Of a DNA stretch of 64,000 bases, positions 24,050 to 39,906 are shown piece by piece. The position numbers and the translations under genes were made by a program. The stretch is from positions 2,976,480 through 3,040,479 of the forward strand of contig OZ316898.1 of NCBI GenBank assembly GCA_973895155.1, written 5' to 3'. Numbering within the stretch: the first letter of the stretch is position 1; each line of letters starts with the position of its first letter. The DNA comes from Marsupella aquatica. Its lineage: Eukaryota; Plantae; Marchantiophyta. The notes beneath the pieces are model-generated. The model had not been told where the DNA came from. It did not search any database and worked only from the letters and a program-made list of their open reading frames with translations.

Positions 24050-24960
24050 AAGGCTGTGGAGCTCACTGAGAAGACGGGTTCTGCTGTTGTGGTCTGGTGA
24101 AGCTCCGAAGATGGCAGTGCGGTGAAGGGTACGCGTCCTGATCGTGGAGTTTTTCTTCACTGATTGCGTTTGGAATTTCGAAGGCGGAATGCCTGTGTAC
24201 TGCTTGGCGTTCATCGACGATAGCTTTCGACTTTCGAGGTGCAAGCAGACGGAATTCGCCCGAGGCCAGGCCGGGAGAGGGATCCCGAAGACGGGTTGTG
24301 CCGTTGTGGTTGGGAGAAGTCTCTGATCGTGGAGTTTTTCTTCCGTGATGCGTTTGCAATTTCGAAGGAGCAATGTATGTGTACTGCTTTGTGTCCATCT
24401 ACAATAACTTTCGACTTTCGGCGCAAGCGAAAGGAATTCGAAGGAGGCCGGGCCGGGAGAGGGATCCCGAAGACGGATTGTGAGGTCTGGAGAAGTTCGG
24501 AGGAGGACAATGTGGTGAAGGGTACACGTCCCCTGGTCGTGGAGTTTTCTTCCCCGATGTAATTGGAATTTCGAAGGAGCGCCACGACGGGAGAGGGATT
24601 TTGCCGTGAAACAAGAGGAACGTAGCTAGGCGTTAGGAAGGCTGGTCAGAGTAGGCTGTGGAGCTCCCAGAGAGCGCTTCTTTTCTGTAGAACTAAGCAG
24701 GATGGCAATTTTGTGAGGAGTACACTCTTCTGCTCGTTCGTGGTTGATAGGGAAGACAGTGGAGGTAGGAAGGTGATACAAATTGATCTTTCTGCATAGT
24801 CGAGAAAGGGCCAGGCGGGGAGAGAGACTAGCTAGAACGGAGGCTACCAAGAAAGGCTCGTTGGAGCAGGCTGTGGAGCTCCCAGGAAGGTGTTCTGGTC
24901 TGGAGAGGTTTGGAGGACTGCAATGTGGTGAGGTATACGCGTCCCTGGTCGTGGTTGACA
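24050..24960. repeat. Degenerate GC-rich ~180-200-bp repeat array upstream of the coiled-coil gene
   Basis: Recurrent modules ggtgaagggtac.cgtcc..(g)tcgtggagttttt?cttc (24121, 24325, 24514, 24927), ggccgggagagggatcccgaagacgg (24269, 24450) and ggctgtggagctc (24051, 24654, 24869). Confidence 0.8.
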
Positions 24961-25597
24961 GGGACTTCAGTGGAAGTTAGCGAAGCTGATCCAAAAGAGA
25001 AATAGGCCGCTTGAGCAGCAGCAGGTTTCAGTTGGACGGTTTATATGCGTGATTGAATAATAGAGGCGAATTTTACCAGCTCGGAAAACTCTTCTGGCGA
25101 GTACAGATAGCTGGGTATGCATTTTAGTCTGCTACATTTCTGAGCTGCATCGGGGAAGAGGAGAAGACTGTCTTCTGAGCTTGACCGAGGAGGCTACCTT
25201 TGTATTCAGCGATGGCTTTCCTGCCAGTTGCAAAGGTCGAAGTGCTCAAGAAGCGCGTGCTACAAGTTTCCCTTGGTAAAATGGAATTTAAAATTTTGAC
25301 ACGGTAGTCTGGCACATTGCGATGGACCTTTTTCTGGACTGCTGTTATCCCTATGATGAGGTCGCTCTCACGGCGTCACGGCATGACATGCACGAATAAA
25401 GTTGTGAATTTCTCCGGTGGAAAAATCTTACTCAGTTACTCGGTTCGTGTTAGTCGATTTTCAAGCAGCGCGCTGGGATAGCTGTAGAGAAAGCTGTGTT
25501 TGACGTTCCGACAGTAGTGTTTCATTAGGATAATTCCTTCCAGTTAGACTAGGAAAGAAAAGCGTTGCGACGTTCATCCCTGGTTTGCCTCGAATAG

Positions 25598-28500
25598 ATG
25601 GAAGGAGGTGTCATGGGAGAACTAAGGGTGTGTCAGGAGGAAAAGGATATACTGAAACAGAAGCTTCACATTCACCTTGATCGCTGGACACTCGACAAGA
25701 TCAGATTTGAAGAAATGGCAGCAAAAGTAAGAGAGTTATGACCCTCCTATCAGCTTTTTGTGGGTGCAAGGTTGTGCGTAGGAAATCTTCTGGTCCCAGC
25801 CATCGAGATAACTTACTTACTTCAATTCATTTTCCTATCAAACACGAAATTCTCTGTTGTCTACGTCTTGAATTTATAGACTTGAGTTTATTACACAAAA
25901 AGGGCCAAACAAAGTATAATGAAGGAAAATTAACGAGGTCCAGTATTGAAGAGTCTGGTCGTGTTGATCCAACTTCACGCAGGCAGCAAGAGAAATTGGT
26001 CTCAAAGAAGCTGAGAAAAGCTATGCAACAGCTCTGAGGGAGATGCGCCTCGGTTCACAGCAACAGCAACTGCTGGTTCTGAAAATGAAACTAGGTTTAA
26101 CTTCTATTCTCATGACGGTTTGTTTTCTTAAAGCAATTTCGTTCAACTTGTGTATTATGGGTGCTGCAGCTATTCTAAAGTGAATTACAAGAGTCCCAAA
26201 TTACTGCCAAAATTCTTTTTTATTACTGACCATCCGGAGTAGTTGCCTCTCTGATTTCTTTAACCATTTCATCCCAGACTCGGCACTGGAGGACATGGAG
26301 TTGACGGAAATCAGGTTTTCTGCTCTCAAGTCTCAGTTACAAGAAGAGAGGGTATGTCATAGCTCTCTTATGCATGCTCTGCCTTTCACACACATTCAGT
26401 TGTATTCTTGCTGCAGTGCACGATTTACATCTTGACTCTTATCTACTCCACGTGACAGAATTGGAATGACTCGATGGAGGAAACTATGCGGGGGATGAAG
26501 GCAAGGTTTGCAAAGAAGTTGGCTAGGGAAAAATCTAAGCTCGTGATAGAAACTGACAGGAAGGTAAAACAACTCCAGAAGTTATTGGATGACAGGGCGC
26601 AAAATCACAAGGCAGAAGTCGAACAGATCGAGGGAAAACATGCTCTGTCTGTTACTCAGCTGAAGGAAGACATCGAGCACCTAGTCTCCCGAGATGCTGA
26701 CGCGAAGTCACAACAGCTTCAGCGGAGTCTAGACAGGAAACAGCTGCAGGCACTAGCACGGGAGAGAGACCATCTTAGAGGTGAACTGGAGAAGTGGAAC
26801 TCGCGTCAGAACGAGATGCAGGCGATTAAGGACGAAAGGGACAGACTATCTGCGGAAAAAGATCGTTTCATCTCACGCGAGCAAGAAACGGAAGAACTGT
26901 TGAAAGAGAGAGATCGACTGAACGCGCAACTGGAGGACTTCATCTCATCCGGCAAAGATCATGAGTTGGTGAAGGACAGGAATATGTTGAAACATGAACT
27001 TGACCTAAGCAAGGCTCAGCGACAAGACGAAGTTAGTGCTCTTATTAGAGAAAGAGATTTCGTTTGGAGTCAGATGAAAAATTTGGACGAAGACTATGAG
27101 AACCGAATCAAGAAATTGTCAGAGCAGAATATGCAAGACAGACAAGAAATTGCCAGATTGAAGAATGAGATTAAACAAGCGAGTGTCGGGAATAATGAGA
27201 TGATGGTTGAGATGACAATCCTTAAGCTGGAAGTTAAGCGAGTAGAGGAGCTAGCAATCCAGAAGCAACGCGCCCTCGAAGCAGAGTTGCAAGAGCTCCA
27301 GTCCAATTTGGAAAGAGTGAAGGAAGAGAAGGAGACTTTAATTGCTGCCGCGTTGAAGAAAGAGTCTGTTCTGTTAGAATTGTCGTATCGAAAGGAGACC
27401 TTGGAGAGACAGTTGGAATGTTCTTATCAAGAACATGGAACCGGGACAGTTGGTGATGGTGTCAAGGAGGTGCCGGAGGTCCTGAATGCCGGAGACAGCC
27501 CTACTCTGGTATGATCATCGATCGTTTGAAGTTCTTTTTCTGGGAGACAGAAAGGGTCAGGCTGCCCCTTCTTGTTTCACTGGTCCTACATACGTGATGA
27601 AAGGTCTTGTGTAATTTTACCGTTCTTCTTAGTTTCTGCCGTCAATCACGTCGTTCGGGCTTGTTCTTGCACTTACGAGGTGAAGTAATTGCGGACTGAC
27701 TCTTTCAGGACCACGACATAATCGAGAGCCAACTTGAGCAAGCCACACAGGTTCATGGGGACGAAGAGAAAAAGTCCGCCCCGTCTGTGGAAGATCTAAG
27801 ACGCGAAAATGAAAATCTACGACGGGAGACCGAAAATCTCAAAGTACTTTATGCCGAACTGGAAGACGCCCTACGTAAAAAATCTCAGGTAAAAATTGAC
27901 AACTATTTTCTCTGGGGGAGTATCAAAGTGATTGGAAACTGTAATGATCTTTGTATGTGTCTGTTCTTCCTCAGAAGCCTGCTAAGGTTACAAATAAGGC
28001 AAACCATCGTGATCCAACAAGTCGCAATCTAAAAGTGGAGCTAGAGGCGGCCGCCACTTCCTGTCCAGCCGATGACAGTCCTCTCACGGAAGGACACGTC
28101 CGAAAACCAGTGAGCTTCCATCTCATTTTAGAAAATTAGCGTTTTTGCTTATAGATTAGAACACCGCACAGGAACCTCGACGGTTTCTCTACACTTAGCT
28201 TTGAATCGCAATTTTCGTTCAGGTTATTTGTCTCAGTCCCTATGATTTTGACATCTTGGTCATTGGATGGACAGAAGAATAGCCCTGGCAACCAGAAACT
28301 GGGCCCGGGCTCAAATTCAACTCAACGGAAGAGTAAAGGCGCCTCCAGCAAGTCTAGTCGAGAAGAGGGTCGTTCGTCAGAGCAGTTGAAAATTTATAAA
28401 AGGAATACAAGAAGGCTTAAGAGAATGCCGACTAACGGCAAAAATCCTTCAGACGAGGTAAGTGACTGAATTGAGAGTCAAATGTGCTTCACTTTTCATT

Positions 28501-29802
28501 TATGTCCGAGTCTGCTCAACCCTGTCTACATAACGACCAACAAGCGAAAATGTTCTTCCAAGATTGCTATTGTGCTGTTCTAGCTAGTCAGAGTAGTCTT
28601 TTGCATCGTCCAGATTCAAAAGTTATTGTGACTGTCATGAGGATCCAGGAGTTTTTCTAGGGGCCTGATCTTTTCTGTTTTGAACAGTCTCTAGTTCATA
28701 AGAGAATGAAGATGGCAAAAGTCTTTTGTCAGAGTCAGTCGGAGTTGGGTTGTTTGAGTTGAATTCTAGAGATAGGAGCTCGAGGAGCGATCAACAGCCT
28801 CCGCTGAGATGATATATTGACTGAGACATCTGCTTCGTCAAATGTGCTGAGATTGCCATTTTGGTTTCGTCACGGCTTGGAATTGTCACGGACTAATTAC
28901 TGGTTTAAAAAGTTCGCTTTCAAGATGTACCTTCTCCATGAGATTGACTGATGACTTGATCTCCCAGAATGCCATCGTTCCGTCCCCAAAGAAGTTGAGG
29001 CCGAGGACTCGAGTTGACTATTCAGATTCATTGGGTAATGCCGATGGCAAAAATGGTCAAGCGCCAGTGAAGAAGAGGAGAAGAGTTGAAGATGAAAACT
29101 TCGAATCAACCCAGGTGACTTAGAGCTATACTGTAACCATGCTTGCGTCACAAATTAGTGGGAACCAGAGGCAGTAATGATAATGATAATTATATATACA
29201 TACACCTAGGTCCGGAAAGCAACGCTTCGATCTTCTGCAATATCGTGAACGAGGCATTTCCGAGAGGTGGTTTTAGTTTTAGAGTCTCTTTTTTCTCTCT
29301 ATATTTCCTATTTAGACCACCATTCCAACTCTCCTCCACAACCAAAACCCCCAGGTTGAGATATGGGTGCAATGCAACCATCACCTGGTATGCTTTCTTA
29401 TCATTCGGTGTTGTAAGAGTGTTGATGTTAACCCTGCCTGCTTACGAGACAATTCGAAGCTTAATAGTAACCGATTTCAGAGTGCGGAACAGTCGGCAAG
29501 CTTTGCTTGAGGATGTTAACTTGATGTGCTCTCCTTCGTATGTTGTAGTTAGCAGGATCGCTAATGGTTTGTTTGCGATCTTGCAGAATGAAAGGCCTCC
29601 TCTTCATACGCTTCATCACAACCAAAGGAGCAGCACCAAATCAGTAGGTCGGACATCATCGTCGAGCAAGGACCCACTTCCTGTGTCTTCCAAGAAGTCA
29701 CTTGTCGGGTCGCCTACTAAAACTAGCAAAGGGATGGTCAACTACTTCTCAGCTGCATTTCATGTACCCAAACTCAAAACACCTGTGCATTTGAGGACTT
29801 GA
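25598..29802 (+). CDS. Uncharacterised ~741-aa coiled-coil protein with basic disordered tail and NLS-like motif
   Basis: In-phase GT-AG exons: 25598-25726, 25983-26094, 26278-26351, 26459-27508, 27709-27888, 27975-28109, 28275-28457, 28968-29114, 29587-29802. Heptad-rich E/K/L/Q region over ~420 aa; PVKKRRRVE in the tail. Start codon and some tail exons are uncertain. Confidence 0.72.
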
Positions 29803-30907
29803 AAATGGCCGGTAAGGTAAAGATTATTGTTCCTGCAGTTTGCAAGGGAATGCCCACGCAAGCCTAGTCGCAATGCTGAAGCTATGTAAGATGAGTTTAA
29901 TGAGTCAAATGCTTCTTGATGTAGTCTTTCTGGAAAAATCCATTGCACCCCATCAGGCTTCCTTCTCTCAATTTCACTTGTATCCACAAGTTGAATGTCT
30001 CATCAGACATGTTGTATAAGAGTGTGGTCTGAGTTCTAAGAACTTCATCTCTCCCTTATCTTCTTTTGCTTAAGGGACAACAATCTTTGTTGATTGTGCT
30101 AACCATTGTATAGAGTGAGTCTATCTGGGAGTCTATCTGGGTAGTTTATTGTCAACCTTGGTTCACATGATTTTCCCCATCTTCCAATGATGTTCTTCAA
30201 AATTCAGATCATTTACACTTAACATGTCTAACAAAACTTTCAACTTGTGAATACAAGTCTATGAAAATCAAGAGGAAACTAAAATAATAGTGCACAGTAG
30301 GTTCCTCCAGAATGACCTTATAAAGAAAGATTTGCCTCATTGACTTAGACAAGCATAGTCTTTATCTGTCCAGAGAGCAAGACCCTGTGTGAACTCAATC
30401 CACCACATCGTTCACAGCAAGAGCATCCACCTCACACAAGAGGGGGCAAGAAGCATTCATTTCAGGACATTTATTCATCCATCAATAATAAGGGAGTTGT
30501 ACACGAGATAATGACATTTAGCTGATATTGTAGCTTGCAATTGTAGCAGCAGAAAGGCTCCCTCGACCTACCTCGCCTAAAACTACCCTGATTACCCCCA
30601 CCTTGAATGTAAACAAAGATGCAAAGGAAAACCAACACCTAGCATAAAGAAGGATTCCATGCAATTTCTTTTTCATGTTGCCCCCATCCCTGTTTTTGTT
30701 TGCGTCCTCACTTTTTGTGGACTCACCCGCTTTCAGTTATACCCTCAGCTATAGTCACTGTCTAGAGTGAATGTCTAGAGGCTTAAGACTAGACAGTAGG
30801 CCAGGGAATAACTTTTGATTGTGTGTCATTAGTTAGATTCCTCAACTCTCCTAGTCCAGATCTTACATTGTGTCCTAGGTTCGATTTGTTTATCCACAGC
30901 CACTGCG

Positions 30908-31032
30908 CAATTCTTACTAGGCCTGCTAACGAAGCAATTTCACATCAGCCAATTCTTACTAGGCCTGCTAACGAAGCAATTTCACATCAGGCAATTCTAA
31001 CTAGGCCTGCTAGCCAAGCAATTTCACATCAG
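30908..31032. repeat. 42-bp tandem repeat x3
   Basis: caattcttactaggcctgctaacgaagcaatttcacatcag(c/g). Confidence 0.93.
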
Positions 31033-34000
31033 GTTCAATGTTGGAGGTTTACTCAGTGAACTTCCTTTCTCACAAATTCACCAGAACAGGAGTTCAATAT
31101 ATCCTGGAATTCCAAACCAACTTGCAGGGGTGAGTGGGAGAGAGGAAATCCGGTGGAGTAAACATCAGAGTTATCAAATGAAGAAACATTTGTTCCCTTC
31201 TCACAAGAGTGTTGCTTCACACATTGCACAAAACAAAGCAACTTGTGTCCAAACTCAAAGAAGCAACCAAAAATATATATATCAACTAATGTTCAGCAAA
31301 GGAATTTTTTGGCAAGGATAGGGTGGCAAAGGAGTTGACAAATGCAGATTGAAATGTGTGCTAAATATTAGGAAACAAACAGCAATCCAAACTTAGAGTG
31401 CTTGACGAATCTTACTACAAAAGTGCCAACTGAAATGTACTTTTAAGAGCCTGGGTCTACTTAGAATGAAGCCTCTAGACCATAACTCCATGGCCATCAT
31501 GTGCATGGAAAAATTCATGTGCATGGGAAAAACTCATGACTATGATGTATGTCAAATGGTATATGCAGGTTTTTTGTGATAATTTCTAAGAAATACATTC
31601 CAAAAAATGGGCACTATGGCCCCACCACAACATATGTGCATAGAAAGAAGGATGTGCATACAAAGAGGGATGTGCATACAAAGGAGAATAGTATATTATA
31701 TATGGTTATTAAACTGATGGGTTTCTTTATCATTTCATTACCCTTCAAAATATGTGAATAGATAATATATTTTGGTAACACTTTATTGTCCTCTCCGCTA
31801 TTCACGTTCAAAGAACAGGTAGTCAGGGCTATTCAAATTGAAAGCAGTTGTATAGGAAAAAGTTGTGGGGTGAAATGGCAGGAGGGGATCGATGAGGGAG
31901 CATTCAAGCACACTGTCCCTCGACTGCACATTTGGAGCAAGAGCATTGAAGCAGACTATCCCTCAACTCCATGGAGAAGGAAGTGATTGTTGCTTGTAGG
32001 CCTGCCCTCCACTCCAACTACAAAATTAGGCTTCTCTTCTGAAGAGAGGATGCAGCAGACTCAATGCCTTGATCCGGTGCATCTTCGACACGTGCCTTGC
32101 TGGCCCACATGGAACCTCATGCATGGAACCCCTTACCCCAACTTGGGTTACAAGCAGCATCACCTTGCTTGAACAAGTATACTCCCCCTATCCATGTACT
32201 TATTGTCCCTATACCTGATTTTACTAGATTTATGGTTTATAAGATGGATCTTAAAACTAGCAGCAAACTCTATGACTATTGTATGCATATATGGAGGGAG
32301 GGTACATTTGGAAATTTAAAGGAGCTATGGGAAGTGTTTTTCCCCCAAAAACCTTTGTTCCATCTCCAAGCTCTCCAAGGCGCCTTCAATCGTCTAGAAT
32401 CTTGGGCAAGATTGAAATAGTTTGCTGCCTCAAGATACAATCTATTATGAAACACTAACTGAGCTACAGGCATGGGGTCCAGAGCTTTACTAGGCAATTA
32501 AAGACTAACTCACCTACAGACACATTCTTTAAATCACCACTATCAAAATAGATGCTACCATGAACGATAGATAGAACCCAAGCAAAGTCATTTTGAGTCT
32601 CCTCAAACTAACTTGTCCCTATCTCCCAACTGGCTCTATAAAAATCAGCCTAACTTCCACTCATTGACCAAGTCCTTCTAGTAAATATAGTAGTAACACA
32701 TCTAACCGTAACTAAACACCTGACTATGACTAGACTAACTGAGGTAACATAGTAACTCTTAAGAGTAAATCTCCAACACAAATCTCTGAATAGAAAAAAG
32801 AAAACAACATTGAATGATGCTTCCTTAGAAATTGCACAAACAAAAATGACAGCCACACCCAAAGCTAGACTTGCCTCCTTGCACTACAGCAACACTAGAA
32901 ATACCTTGGATGGAGAATGCAAAACGAGCCTCCAAAAAGCCATGTTTGACCACGGATTCCTTGTGCTAAAACAGACTGGGCAGTCTAACCAAAAGAGGCT
33001 GCAGGCAGTAATTCTCATGTTTACAGGTCACATTTAAGTGACTGCTTAGCGTGCCATCTCAACACTTTTTCAGGTTTGGCATGTATTCATCTGAGCTTCA
33101 CAACAACCCCCTCATTCCATCCAGACTTCATTTTCAAATGTATAAATCAAACTTGCATTTTTTGTACCATTGCAAAGCACTAACTTGGCACATTTTCTCA
33201 TATTTATTTTTAAGAATATTTGGCTGAAAGTTAGTTGGGGCATGGGAGAGAGGAACTCAATGTCTCAACTGCCATTGCCCTTAACAACATGGCCTGAACA
33301 AATCTTGTATGTGATTCACATCATTGCACACCATGCCTGGACAATAATCACATTCCATCCATAACACTAAGTATGCAAGAGTGCACAATAGGGCTTCTTA
33401 TTCTTTCAAGTGAACTTCAGGTGACCTGCTCCAAAAGGTCACCCCCCCCAACAAAAAAAAACAAATCACACACCAAACAATATTTGCAATGGAATGAAAC
33501 ATGGGGTGACGTGGTTGCTATGGGTTCACAACATAACTATTGTGGGGTCCTGTGCAAGGATTTTTTAATCTAATTTTGAGTTATTTTCTATTAATTTTAT
33601 AAAATAAATAACATCCGCTCTATGGTGCGTCTGTTTACCCTGCGCCAACATGTTTTTTTACAAATGTTCTCAGTAGTTTGCTCAATGGGCAGTTCACACA
33701 AAGATGCCACGCGTCACTTCATGATTTGCCTGTGTGCAAAGACATGATTAGAAAAGCGGCACACGAGAAGTCAGAGTGTTTAATTTTTGCCTATTGTAAC
33801 CAAAAACATTTGAGGTATAAGGGGATGTCAGGCACATATGCGTATGATTGTATGAATCATCAAATTCAATCTGATGATGTGAATTTATCACGGGAATAAC
33901 TAGGCTAGTCAAGTTTGGTTGTCGCCACTTAGCCACCAGTTTAATGTGTATTAGTACTTTTCAATACGGGTATCTTTAAAGACCTCAAACTTCTTTCCTT

Positions 34001-34452
34001 TGAGAGAGGAGTAATCTCTAATCTTCATTAAGTATTTGATTTTGACTGGACTAGCTATGCTTACATAGTAACTCTAGATCCAAGAAAATATGCCCAAGAG
34101 GACTCAGGTCAGATTTAGAGCACACCCTAGCTTGCCAAGCTTGAGTGTTATGAGACTTGGACAAAAAATTGCCAACACAAATAAGGCAAAAATAAACTTG
34201 GGTCTATGCCCAATGATCCATGGCCTCTTTAGGAGGCTACTGGCAATAATCACCAAGGGTGGTCTAATTCCCTCAGGTTTTTTTAAAGCCTCCTAGGGTT
34301 ACCTCTCAGGGCCATGGGTTTACACCGACTCCTTGGTGTGACACTCTGTACGTGTAAAAGAAGGGTGGAGTAGCGATAAAGGACAGATCGTCCGACCGAA
34401 TCGGGAGCCGTCAGATGGAAATCGCATCGCACGGCCTCAGGTCACCCTCTGC

Positions 34453-34475
34453 TGGCCCGAAGCCCTAACCCTAAT
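34453..34475 (+). promoter_or_regulatory. Telo-box-like and site II-like motifs in the RPS4 promoter
   Basis: tggcccgaagccctaaccctaat ~200 bp upstream of the ATG; this pairing is typical of plant ribosomal protein promoters. Confidence 0.5.
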
Positions 34476-34666
34476 TGTATGTTTGTTCGGTATCGCTTTA
34501 CCTCTCTTCTCGTTTTGACAAAAGTTGCGAAGTCCCTCGAGACTCTTCCTTTCGTGCTGCTGGCCCCCGCAGAAGCAAAGCAGTCGCAGCAGCAGGACAT
34601 CGAGAGTAGGAGCGGAGGTCGAAGGAAGATTGTCTGTGCGTTGCGGTTCTCAGCCTCTTCGCAACC

Positions 34667-36166
<1,500 letters not shown>

Positions 36167-39100
36167 TTTTTGTTATCTGGTGGTTGAGGGTATTTGCAGG
36201 GCTCAGAGTTTTGTAATGCAGCTATTCCGGGCCCTCGCTCTTCTTAGTAGGGCTGGTGACCCTCGGCTTGATGTTAGGGTTAGTGATCCCGACTCTAGAC
36301 AGCTTCTGTCACACTTGAATATTTTTAACAGATTCTGTCACACCTGAATATTTGTAGAGTGCGCAGTGCTTTGTGAGCAAGTTGATAACGAAATGTTTTG
36401 AATTCTTCGGAGTTTTTGTGATCTACGGATACGGTATTCTGACAGATCTGTTCGGATTCTCAACAACTCACCATAATAATGACCAACAAACTCTATATCT
36501 CTATCAGAAGTTTGCTTTCGAGGTCCCGTTGGTCGCTTTAACAGCCCCATTTTCAGATCGTCAGCTCTTCTCGTCTTCTTCGCCATGTGGGTGGGATGAA
36601 TTGGGCGGATGGAGGAAAGCTGAGGGGCAGTGGAAATAGCTGTTAGATATTGACCCAGTAATTCGTCTGAGTTTAAACGTCGGCAAATCGCACGTTGTCG
36701 GTCAAATAATTTTCTAAGACCCTCTCATGAACGAACTGTGTACCATTAGAATCTTTCGTTGGCTCTTTCGGTCCAGCACTACCATCAGAGATGCGGACTA
36801 TCGATCAAGTTTCCAAAAGTTTTACCAGGCTGGGTTCTAATTCGGAGGACTCACCCTCCGCCATCTTGTCATGATATCCTGATCTCCCCGAGTTCAATTT
36901 AACCATGATCCCGTAGTGAGATGCAGAAATGGTTTTGCGTATTGAATCCTTGCAACTGATTGGACTCGGAAAAGTTACTCCGTATCTATAGAAGCATGGT
37001 TATTGCTGGGAAGTTCGTTTTAGTATCCTGGATCATGCAACATCTCTTAGCTTAAGTTTGGATCTGTTTGGAGGAATCTGCGACTTCATCTTCTGTTGGG
37101 CATTTCAGAATGTTAGGTTTATGGTGTTTGTCAATGTGGTTCAAATAATGCGGACAGTCCTGTTATCTCAGTCTTTTTCTTTGATATGTAGTTGGCATCC
37201 TCTTGTTTTCCTCAGGTCAGGTATGTTATTATGGTCTTTGTCCTAACCGAATGGATGGCAAGAATAGTCCTGCGATTTGCTCTTCTATGAAGAATTGATT
37301 TATCTTATAAATTTACTTGGCTCTTAGATTGTGCTTACTTCACCCGGAACTAGGAACAGACCTGGTGGCCTTTTTAAATTTTAAAGACATTCGGAGCCAG
37401 AGCCTATGCTAGAGGTCCTTTTCGGAAGAGTAGTTTAAAATGAAAGGCTTTCGTTCGCCTGAACGTACGCAGATCATTTCGCACATAAGGGATTTTAATT
37501 GCAACACGTTACAATATACTCGTCTGCGAATTTCTTCTTTCCCTTGTATCAAAGAGGAACATTCCCCTGAGATCATGTAAGTATCCAACATCGATAGGAA
37601 GGAGCAATTAATTGTGAACATGGGCATAAATGTATACTTTTCCTACAAAACACAAACCCAAATGTGTAAGATTTTCTCCCCAATCTGTTTATTACAACTT
37701 GGTTCCCTGACTTGCTGTTTTAATTGATCTCCACACTTTTAGTTGTAGACATTTGGTTTAGTTGACCTCCCGGCCTTTTTTAGGAGACTTGTGGGGAGAG
37801 ACTATGAACCAGGTTGAGGTCTGATGAAACGGACTCCTACATGATCATATCTTTCCAATGTCCCCCGAGTTACCATGGATGGGTCCTTTGGTTGATCGTA
37901 CAGGTTTACTTTTCAAGAAGTGTCTATGTATCCAATGGAACAGCTCTCCATGATTGTGAGAGATTAAGTTGACTATAGTCAACTGATCCCCTTACCTGGT
38001 GCACCCGATGCGACCACCACCAACAGGAAGACTTGATACACTGCATATGGAGCTGCCCGGTCTCAGCAGTGGTCTGGCAGTGGGTGCACTTCGTACTGCA
38101 AAACACAGCCATCACTAGGAGCATCTTGATTCATCGTCAACCAGCTCACATTTTTGTTGGTCTCCTCTTCCTGAGGTGTAGGACATACCTGAAAAATTAT
38201 GGCACACCCTAAGGCAATCGTTTGCTGGAACCTATGGAAAGATCGCAGCTCGCACTTCTTGGAGCTCACCAGATCGCTAGCAGTGGCAGTCATTCACAAG
38301 TCTTGGCATAGGCTTGGAATTTACCTTTGTAAGGATTGGGCCCAACATCATTGAAGGATAAGGGCTGGTAAATCCACTTCTGCAGAGGCTCTCGGTAACA
38401 TGTCCTGTACATGAGGAAATTCTGCAAGTTACACCTGTCCCCCCCACGTCCCCCGTGAACTTCCTTACCTTTCAGGAGTTGAAGTGACAATGCAGGCTAG
38501 ACTGATAGTATTGGTTATTATCATGGACCCCCTGTTAGGTACCCCGCCGGTTCCTTTTCATTGGCCGGTCTTTTGGAGTGTCGCTCCTGCTATGGTGGTT
38601 AAATTTCTAGTTTACCATGACTTAGAGTGTCGGGCCTAAATGATTGTCATGAGCATTCGATCTAGACAAATCATGGCTTGAGTGAATGATTGTCATGGCC
38701 CAAATGATTTGAGGTTGGATTCGTTACTTGTTTAGGGATGGATCCGCTAGTCTTGACAAATGGATTGTCAAACAAATGAAGTAGTTGTTGGACTATTTGT
38801 GATGTAGTCCCGCTCCTCTGGTTGAACTGTTCTATGTCATTTAATCTTGACAAATTGACTATTGGACGGATAAAGTAGTCCCGTACGTGGGCTCCTCCCC
38901 CAGCTCCTCCATAAGGTTTCCTCAGTTTGCTCGTTTCATATTCTCCGGATGCACAGTACTCCTGAAATTGCACTCCCCCACTTTGACTTTGAACTGTGAC
39001 ACAAAGCTAAACAGCATTTAGATTTCAAATGTTCAAGACTCCTAGTACTTTCAAAAATTATAAGCCTCTGTAATCCCAGTTTATTTTGAAACAAGGAACA

Positions 39101-39259
39101 TGAATCTATTTTGGGCAAAACTCTCACTTCATTATCAGCCGACTACCTGATCATCTGGTACTAGGACTTTCTATGATGCATGTTGCTAACCACCCGCACA
39201 ACTTTAAAAATTAAAGCCTGCCAACTATTGCACTGTGAAGGGCTTCTTTGCGAATCAGA

Positions 39260-39490
39260 GACACATCAACTCGAATGTGATGTTTGACTGAGAATATATA
39301 TTCCACAATGAGAACACTAATGTCATCTCAATTTGGTACATTCTACCATTAGAACACCGTTCTCCAGTCAATGCACCCCCAAATGCACCAAAGACCTACT
39401 ATTCGGAATATCATTATTTAGCATGGGCACTTGCATGTCTTAGGAATCCATTATCAATTTCCATGATCTCCAATATCGTGCAAACACTTT
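39260..39490 (-). repeat. Dispersed repeat, inverted partner of ~42625-42810
   Basis: Reverse complement shares taggtctttggtgc, tgactggagaac, taatggtag, taccaaattgag, gtcaaacatca, gagttgatgtgt with 42670-42810. Confidence 0.8.
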
Positions 39491-39605
39491 CACCAGCATT
39501 CAACATAGCATCATGCAACTTGTCCTCTCGTCAGCATTCAACACAACAATTCAGCACAACATTGTGCAACTCATCCTCACTCAATACTTGGTGAAGAAGA
39601 TCAAA

Positions 39606-39906
39606 CTCGGGGGTTTCACTTCCACAAAAATGGCACATCACATGCGATGAAATATAGGGTCATTTTATTGGTTCAATGGGAAGACTTAAGAATTTTTTTT
39701 CAAAGAACAAGAGGGTTTTTTAAATCAAATTTTGAGACTTATAAGAACATTAGGGTACTTTCAGCAAAATTTTGGGAATATTCCAAGAATATTCTAATTT
39801 TATAAGGGTTGAAAAATAAATAAATAAATTCTTACATTTTAGGGGGTCCAAGGCCAAAAAACGTCATAGATGATGGGGAGGCATCCATATAGTGAGACCC
39901 CCTAAG
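39606..39906. mobile_element. hAT-type MITE family B, second copy
   Basis: Colinear with 19553-19848 over its full length (ctcgggggtttcacttccacaaaaatggca...catatagtgagaccccctaag); no clear TSD. Confidence 0.9.

Noticed and set aside
31780-32500. Possible very old LINE remnant
   Set aside because: Only vague Trp-rich fragments; no diagnostic motif I can support.
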